A stretch of 64,000 bases of DNA, from contig NZ_JBHUPY010000007.1 in assembly GCF_042688385.1 (NCBI RefSeq), forward strand, positions 130,110 to 194,109, written 5' to 3'. A program made the position numbers and the translations under genes. Every line of letters begins with the position of its first letter. Positions within the stretch are counted from its first letter, which is position 1. The notes below the pieces were generated by a model. It did not search any database. It had not been told where the DNA came from and worked only from the letters and a program-made list of their open reading frames with translations. Source of the DNA: Herpetosiphon sp. NSE202 (GTDB taxonomy: Bacteria; Chloroflexota; Chloroflexia; Chloroflexales; Herpetosiphonaceae). Below, piece by piece: positions 58,597 through 64,000 of this stretch.

Positions 58597-60009
58597 ATGG
58601 TTTGGTTGAGGGTAGCCCTGGTTGGGCTGATGCTAGCAGTGTTGCTGGGAAGTATCCCGCAAACCCAAGCTGCGAACCCAAACTCTACAGAGCGAATTTT
58701 TGGCGAAGGTGAGGGAGATCCAGCAGGCGCATTTCAGGTGCTACGGCTGCATCCGATTCCCACAACAATGAATTTTGGCGATGCTGTGCGTGGGGTCGCC
58801 AGTGGCGATAGTTGGTTGGTTGGGGTTGGTCAAAAAACCTTTTTGACGCTTGATGCAGGCAATCATTGGCAACAGCTTGATCCACAAGCGCTGTTTCCGG
58901 CAGCGGCAGGCGGCTTATGTTGTCAACAAGCCTTTGCGTACGATTATGGCCGTGATCTGTTTATTTGGTTGTTGCAGTATGCGCCTGATACTCAACGCGG
59001 CTTGGTGCGCATTGCATACACCGATAGCGCAGGTTTGGCCGAACACGAATGGGAATGGTATGACGTGCCAGCTGCCCAAGGCTATACTTGGGTTGAGCCA
59101 CAGCTTGAGCTAAGCGCCAACCAAATTTGGCTAGCAATGGATCGCCAAGCCATCGGCGGGGCAATCGAAAGCACATGGGTCAGTCAGCTTCAAACTGATA
59201 CGCTTGAAGATGAGTTGGTTTTTATGCGCAGCTATTCATCAGCAACGGAGCGGGCCTGGCACTTGGTGCGGGGAGCCAAAGACATGATGTATTTTGCAAC
59301 CCACATCAATCAAACAACCTTGCGCATGTATGTTTGGGATGAAAACCAACCAGTTCCTACGACGAGCGACGTAACTGTGGCCGAATGGACAGCAGGCGCG
59401 CGAATTTGCCCAACGCCAGATCAGCAGAATTGGTGTGCCGACGATGATGGCCGAATTCGGGCGGGCTGGGTCGCCAAAGGCACGGTCGGGTTTATGTGGA
59501 ATGCTGTTTCCAGCAACACCATTACCTTTCCCTATATTGATGCAGTGCGAGTCTATGAGCGTGACCTGAGCTTATTGCCATTTAGTTTAGCACGGCCATT
59601 TATTTTCAATGCCCAAAATGGCTTTTCGCTGCCGAGTGCTGCGGTGAATGGCCGCGATGATGTAGCGGTCAGTTTTTACCATAGCAGCACCGAGCAATAT
59701 CCCACCCTTTCGAGCAGCATTTTTGATGATTTTAATGCGCCGCCCCCAGGCTGGGCCTATTACAACGTCCAAAGCAGCAGTACGACACCTCATCAACAGC
59801 GATGGGTTGGCCAACTTGATACCCAAGTATTCGGCCCAACCAACCTTGGCTGGAGCGTGACTGGCGCGAGCTTGAATGGCTGTGCTGAGGCCAGCTGTTT
59901 GCAGCCATTTATTGCCATATTCAGCCGCGAGCGCGATCGCCCAGCGATTGAGCGCTGGTTAAGCCCGGTTATGCATGAAATATTCAGCCCATTGGTTCAG
60001 ATGAACTAA
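58597..60009 (+). CDS. Secreted protein, possible BNR/sialidase-like beta-propeller
   Basis: Signal peptide MVWLRVALVGLMLAVLLGSIPQTQA. One BNR-like x-D-x-G-x-x-W (LDAGNHW). Otherwise uncharacterised. Confidence 0.4.
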   Translation: MVWLRVALVGLMLAVLLGSIPQTQAANPNSTERIFGEGEGDPAGAFQVLRLHPIPTTMNFGDAVRGVASGDSWLVGVGQKTFLTLDAGNHWQQLDPQALFPAAAGGLCCQQAFAYDYGRDLFIWLLQYAPDTQRGLVRIAYTDSAGLAEHEWEWYDVPAAQGYTWVEPQLELSANQIWLAMDRQAIGGAIESTWVSQLQTDTLEDELVFMRSYSSATERAWHLVRGAKDMMYFATHINQTTLRMYVWDENQPVPTTSDVTVAEWTAGARICPTPDQQNWCADDDGRIRAGWVAKGTVGFMWNAVSSNTITFPYIDAVRVYERDLSLLPFSLARPFIFNAQNGFSLPSAAVNGRDDVAVSFYHSSTEQYPTLSSSIFDDFNAPPPGWAYYNVQSSSTTPHQQRWVGQLDTQVFGPTNLGWSVTGASLNGCAEASCLQPFIAIFSRERDRPAIERWLSPVMHEIFSPLVQMN

Positions 60010-60053
60010 AACAACAAAAAACCACTGGTCGAATGACCAGTGGTTTGATTTGG

Positions 60054-60126
60054 TGCCACCTTCCGGGCTCGAACCGGAGACCCTACAATTTTCAGTCGTA
60101 TGCTCTACCAACTGAGCTAAAGTGGC
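60054..60126 (-). tRNA. tRNA-Phe (GAA)
   Basis: Reverse complement gives gccacttt agctcagttggtagagc ... ctGAAaa ... ggttcgagcc ... ggtggca + CCA. Confidence 0.8.
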
Positions 60127-60131
60127 ATTGG

Positions 60132-60204
60132 TGGGTGATGAGGGACTCGAACCCCCGACCTACTCGGTGTAAACGAGACGCTCTACCAACTGAGCTAATC
60201 ACCC
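60132..60204 (-). tRNA. tRNA-Val (TAC)
   Basis: Reverse complement gives gggtgattagctcagttggtagagcg...ttTACac...ggttcgagtccctcatcaccca + CCA. Confidence 0.75.
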
Positions 60205-60224
60205 ATATGTATGAAGAACGAATT

Positions 60225-60309
60225 GGTGCCCAGAGTGGGACTTGAACCCACACGAGATTGCTCCCACTACCCCCTCAAAGTAGCGCGTCTGCCAATTCCG
60301 CCACCTGGG
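60225..60309 (-). tRNA. tRNA-Leu (GAG), long variable arm
   Basis: Reverse complement gives gcccaggtggcggaattggcagacgcgctactttGAGggggtag + variable arm + ggttcaagtcccactctgggca + CCA. 85 nt. Confidence 0.75.
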
Positions 60310-60455
60310 CAGGTGGTTTGCAACATTTGGTTTGTGTTGCATTTCGTTATTCAATTGTTTAGTGCCGTGGTATTATAATCAGCTTTGGCATTCTTGTCAA
60401 ATTTTATTTTCCTGCGCCAAAAGGCCGTTGTTTCGCCCGCAAAACTAGCTCAATT

Positions 60456-60881
60456 CTAGCTTTGCTGATTGAAGATTTCCATCCATGGTTCGGCTGATGC
60501 CAGCGGGCCAAAACCAACTTGGGCATACAAGCCTTGGGCATTTCTGGTGGCCAACAGCCAACGCCGCAAACCTTGCAACTCAGGGTGCGCGAGCATGCTT
60601 TGCACCAGCCACTTGCCAAGCCCTTGGCCCCGATATTCAGCCAAAATATAGACATCATCGATATAAGCAAAAACTGCATAATCGGTAATGACGCGCGCCA
60701 AGCCAATTTGCTGCTGGCCGTGATAGACCCCAAAACACAACGAATGCTCGACCGAGCGAATAATCAGCGCTGGATCACGTTCGGCGGCCCAATAGGTTTG
60801 GTGCAGCCCAGCAACAATCGCCGCATAATCGAGCAGGGCAGGATCGGTGCTGATTGTATAGTCGCCACGTTGCCATTGCAT
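60456..60881 (-). CDS. GNAT-family N-acetyltransferase
   Basis: Motif A region VYILAEYRGQGLGKWLV (Q/RxxGxG/A). Confidence 0.75.
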   Translation of the reverse strand: MQWQRGDYTISTDPALLDYAAIVAGLHQTYWAAERDPALIIRSVEHSLCFGVYHGQQQIGLARVITDYAVFAYIDDVYILAEYRGQGLGKWLVQSMLAHPELQGLRRWLLATRNAQGLYAQVGFGPLASAEPWMEIFNQQS

Positions 60882-60947
60882 AAATAATCCTTCACAAAAA
60901 ACAACAGCCCCAGTTGCATGAACTGAGGCTGTTGCAAAAACGAAGAT

Positions 60948-62624
60948 CTATGGGGTGCAGCTTGGTTTGGCATTCAGCCATGGACTGAAGGTCAAGTTTA
61001 CGCCGACTGCATCGCCAGTGCCAGCGCCATTTTGCTCAGGGTGATACGGGCCTGAGGCATCGCCCCACCAGTTGTTGCGGGCATCAAAGCCCACATCGCC
61101 AGTTAAGCCATAATTTTTGTGACTTTGGAAGCTATTGGCACTAATCAAAATGCGCGAGCCATCTAAGGTTGGGTCGGTTGATTTGATTTGCAAGCCATAT
61201 GCGCCGCCGCTGAAGCTATTGCACTGGAAGACTGCATTCAACGATTGGTTGAATTGAGCGCGAACATTCGTGCCGCTATTACCACGGAAGCTATTCTTTT
61301 CGAGCACAATTTCAACATCATCGGCGGTTGCGCTGAGGCTTACGCCAGTTGCGCCATCGCTGGCTGTGTTGTTAATCACGTTGCTGAATAGGCGTAAGCT
61401 CTTGCCGCCACGCACCTCAGCGCTAATCGGCGCATAGCCAACCACGCGGCTGCGTTGCATATCGAAGTTGCCGCCGCTAATATACATGCGGCCTTGGTTT
61501 TCTTCAAAGACGCTATCTTGGATGATCGTATTGCCGCCGAGCGCTGAGATTAGCACGCCTTCGGCCCCGCCACCACGTACATCGACCCCGTTCAAATTGG
61601 CTTGGCCGCCATTATTAACCACAATCGATTTCCACAAGCTTTGGCCACTTTTGCGGAAGCGCGCGCCATTGGCGCTCAAGCTACCATCAACGACCAACGA
61701 GGTATTGGCATCCATCAGCACTTCAACGCCATCGTCAATCGTCAGGGTTGCGCCTTTGGCGATAATAGTATCGCGGCGAACTTTGACTGGGCTTTGAGCG
61801 ATTGACCAACGGGTATTGCCACGAATCATGTCGTAGGGCAATGGCGTTGGAGTTGGCGTATTGGTTGGCGTTGCGGTTGGGCCTTCGGTCGCAGTCGCGG
61901 TTGGCGTTTCGAATGGCTCCTCAGTGCTGCTGGGAGTTTCCATAGGATCTTCGGTTGCCCTTGGATCATCGTCTTCCTCAGTTGGGAAAGGCAATTGATC
62001 GGTTGGCAACGGAATCGAATCAGTTGGTACAGGAATATTGGTTGGGGCTGGAGTGCTCTTGGTATCGGGAGTAGGATAATTGCTGCCAGAGCCTTGGGTT
62101 GGGGCAGTTGTGCTGCGATTCCCAGTGCTACTGGTTGGAAAGAGCGGCATTGACGTACCACCAACTGGCAACGTTGGAAAAGGATCAATTGTTGGAGTTG
62201 GCCCATCGCCCATTGGCGGCGGATAGGCCCCTTCAATTGTTGGGGTTGCCCGATTTGGCGCTGGAGGCCCGACTGGCCCGCCGCCTGCCACATCAGTTGC
62301 AGTTGGGCGATTGCTGGCTACTTCGGTGCTGCTAATCAGCGTTGGCGTAATTGAGCCATCGGCAGGGGCCAGCGTTGCTTGGGCCAACGTCGTTGGGCTA
62401 GACCCAGTTGCAGGCGCTTCAATTGGCGATTGCGAATTAAGCCCAAAGATTGCAGCCAACACAAAAAATGTACCAGCCATAAGAATTGTCTGATACTGGC
62501 GGATTTTTTGCATCGCACGACTTGAACGCAGGGCGCTGAGCAACTTCGCTCGTTGAGTTGGTGGGCCACTTGGTGGCAGGTTTTGCATCTCCATAGTGCG
62601 CCATGGTAGCACAGCCTGAGCCAT
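60948..62624 (-). CDS. Membrane-anchored right-handed parallel beta-helix repeat protein with Pro/Thr-rich stalk
   Basis: N-terminal TM (ILMAGTFFVLAAIFGL), about 200-aa P/T/S/E-rich linker, C-terminal repeats with NNxxxG/GxxxxN turns typical of pectate-lyase-like beta-helices. Confidence 0.65.
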   Translation of the reverse strand: MAQAVLPWRTMEMQNLPPSGPPTQRAKLLSALRSSRAMQKIRQYQTILMAGTFFVLAAIFGLNSQSPIEAPATGSSPTTLAQATLAPADGSITPTLISSTEVASNRPTATDVAGGGPVGPPAPNRATPTIEGAYPPPMGDGPTPTIDPFPTLPVGGTSMPLFPTSSTGNRSTTAPTQGSGSNYPTPDTKSTPAPTNIPVPTDSIPLPTDQLPFPTEEDDDPRATEDPMETPSSTEEPFETPTATATEGPTATPTNTPTPTPLPYDMIRGNTRWSIAQSPVKVRRDTIIAKGATLTIDDGVEVLMDANTSLVVDGSLSANGARFRKSGQSLWKSIVVNNGGQANLNGVDVRGGGAEGVLISALGGNTIIQDSVFEENQGRMYISGGNFDMQRSRVVGYAPISAEVRGGKSLRLFSNVINNTASDGATGVSLSATADDVEIVLEKNSFRGNSGTNVRAQFNQSLNAVFQCNSFSGGAYGLQIKSTDPTLDGSRILISANSFQSHKNYGLTGDVGFDARNNWWGDASGPYHPEQNGAGTGDAVGVNLTFSPWLNAKPSCTP

Positions 62625-62843
62625 CGTGCAATGAAGATTGGTTAAGAAATTATACTTAGTTGCCCATTGATTATGTCTATGGTATAGTCAGTCTCTACGA
62701 GATTTAACCATCAGTTAAAGCAGCATTGACATGCGGTTTATCTTCTTTATGCAGCATGACATTCCAGAACTGAAGGTTCCGCTTTGGTTTAGCCGTCACA
62801 GTTGGTGTGAACGGCCTTTCTACATGAATCGTGGAGGATTCTG

Positions 62844-64000
62844 TGCAATTTAAGGGTTTACGACTCCTAACAGCGTTAACGATGCTGTTCACGTTGATTG
62901 GTACTTCGTTGTCCGCGACCTACACCAAGCCGACCAGTGCTGTCTCAACCTCTCTGGTTATTAGTCAATTTCAAACTGCTGGCGTTAATGCCAGCGATGA
63001 ATTCATTGAACTGCATAACATCAGTGCTAACCCAATCGATCTGAATGGTTATCGCGTAGTATATCGTTCAACGTCGGGAACGACCGATACTGCAATCACC
63101 AACTGGTCAACCTCGGTTGTGATTCCTGCTGGTGGGTTTTATCTCTTAACAAACAGCGGCTATGATGGCACTGCAACCTCTGATGGAAGCTTTAGCAGTG
63201 GCTTGGCTGCTGCTGGTGGCGGGATCGCCATCCGCAATGGTGCTGCCAATACCGGCACTATCATCGATTCAGTCGGCTTTGGGAATGCTACCAATGCCTT
63301 TGTTGAAGGCACAGCTACTGGTGCTCCTGCGGCTAATAGCAGCTATCAACGCAACAATTCAAGCTGTGCTGATACCGATAACAACGCTGCTGACTTCAGC
63401 TTGTTAACCCCTTCAGCACCACGCAATAGCAGCAGCCCAGCCGCAACCTGCGGTGGCTCACCTGTTGATAACGCACCAACCGTTGCCAGCACTGTGCCAG
63501 CCAACGCTGCCAACAATGTTGCCTTGAACGCTAACGTTACGATCACCTTCAGCGAACCAGTTACCACAACTGGCACGTGGTACACCATCAGCTGTACCAG
63601 TGGCGCTCGCACTGCTACCGTTACTGGCGGCCCAACAAGCTATGTGCTTGATCCAAGCAGCGATTTTGCTGCTAGCGATGCTTGTACGGTAACGGTTGTT
63701 GCTAGCCAAGTAACTGATCGCGATGGCACGCCAGATCAAATGGCTCAAAACCATAGCTTCAGCTTCAACACTGCGAGCGGTGTTGCCTGTGTCGGCGGCA
63801 CGGTTACGCCAATCGGCCAAGTCCAAGGCACTGGCGAAACCACCCCTGCCAATGGTACGGTTGTAACCGTTCAAGGGACTGTGGTTGCCGATTATGAAGG
63901 TGCTCAACCAGCCTTGCGCGGTTTCTACCTGCAAGATGCTGGCGATAGCAACCCAGCCACCTCGGATGGTATTTTCGTGTTCAATGGTGGCGCTGACCAA
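62844..64000 (+). CDS. Secreted lamin-tail-domain (LTD) protein, partial (continues beyond window end)
   Basis: GTG start with RBS GGAGGA; signal peptide VQFKGLRLLTALTMLFTLIGTSLSA. LTD signature SLVISQFQTAGVNASDEFIELHNISANPIDLNGYRVVY...IPAGGFYLLTN...IIDSVGFG. Absent from the ORF track because there is no stop in the window. The minus-strand ORF 63458-64000 is its antisense artefact. Confidence 0.7.

Noticed and set aside
62625-62843. Promoters for the divergent beta-helix and LTD genes (TATAAT on the minus strand near 62670; TTGACA near 62727)
   Set aside because: Partner hexamers at 17±1 nt are weak or ambiguous. Left unannotated.
63458-64000. 180-aa minus-strand ORF at the window end
   Set aside because: Overlaps, in antisense, the + strand lamin-tail-domain gene, which has a signal peptide, RBS and a clear LTD signature. 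Its 'start' is a TTG at the window edge.

Overview
About 50% GC chromosomal window from a Chloroflexi-like genome (possibly a filamentous Herpetosiphon-type organism; this is a guess from composition and repeat style). The main feature is a complete type III-B (Cmr) CRISPR-Cas effector operon on the + strand (about 2233-10836): cas10/cmr2, cmr3, cmr1, cmr4, cmr5, cmr6, then a CARF-HEPN csx1 and a co-transcribed 129-aa gene of unknown function. The Cas10 has no HD domain but both palm motifs are intact. A perfect 20-bp hairpin closes the operon. There is no CRISPR array, cas6 or cas1/cas2 anywhere in the 64 kb. The cas operon is transcribed divergently from a Ser/Thr kinase gene with zinc-ribbon and FHA domains. 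The rest of the window is housekeeping: ComM/YifB, an MsbA-like ABC exporter, lon, nuoI-J-K-L-M-N (minus strand), a CobW GTPase, two tandem tRNA-Asn genes, proA/proB around a histidine phosphatase, secA, a suf cluster (sufR, sufC, sufD, sufS, sufU, sufB plus a Rieske protein and a rhodanese), a tRNA-Phe/Val/Leu cluster, and several secreted or surface proteins (PT-repeat protein, BNR-like, parallel beta-helix, lamin-tail-domain). The most unusual non-coding signal is a family of mosaic intergenic repeat clusters found in at least 10 loci. They are built from short tandem, mostly heptameric, modules such as GATGAGG, GTCAAAA, GGCTATT and CTCTATG. Other modules are CACGAAGA(G/A)C, TTCGTGCAAT and TTAACGCAGAGGCGCAGAG. 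Associated G-rich modules of about 45 nt (CCCTCACCCCCAGCCCCGCTCCCACTGAACGCGGGCGAGGGGAGC) form long hairpins. These clusters sit between convergent or divergent genes, inside the nuo and suf operons, and one supplies the stop codon of proB. Other observations: a frameshifted GxxExxY (PD-(D/E)XK) pseudogene inserted in the suf operon, a TPR protein with four MshEN-type c-di-GMP-binding motifs, a MerR-type promoter with a 20-bp spacer, a His-rich loop in NuoL, and patchwork GC composition inside the cas genes. Coordinates read by eye may be off by 1-2 nt. The ORF track uses TTG/GTG as starts, so several starts were moved to the nearest ATG with an RBS.
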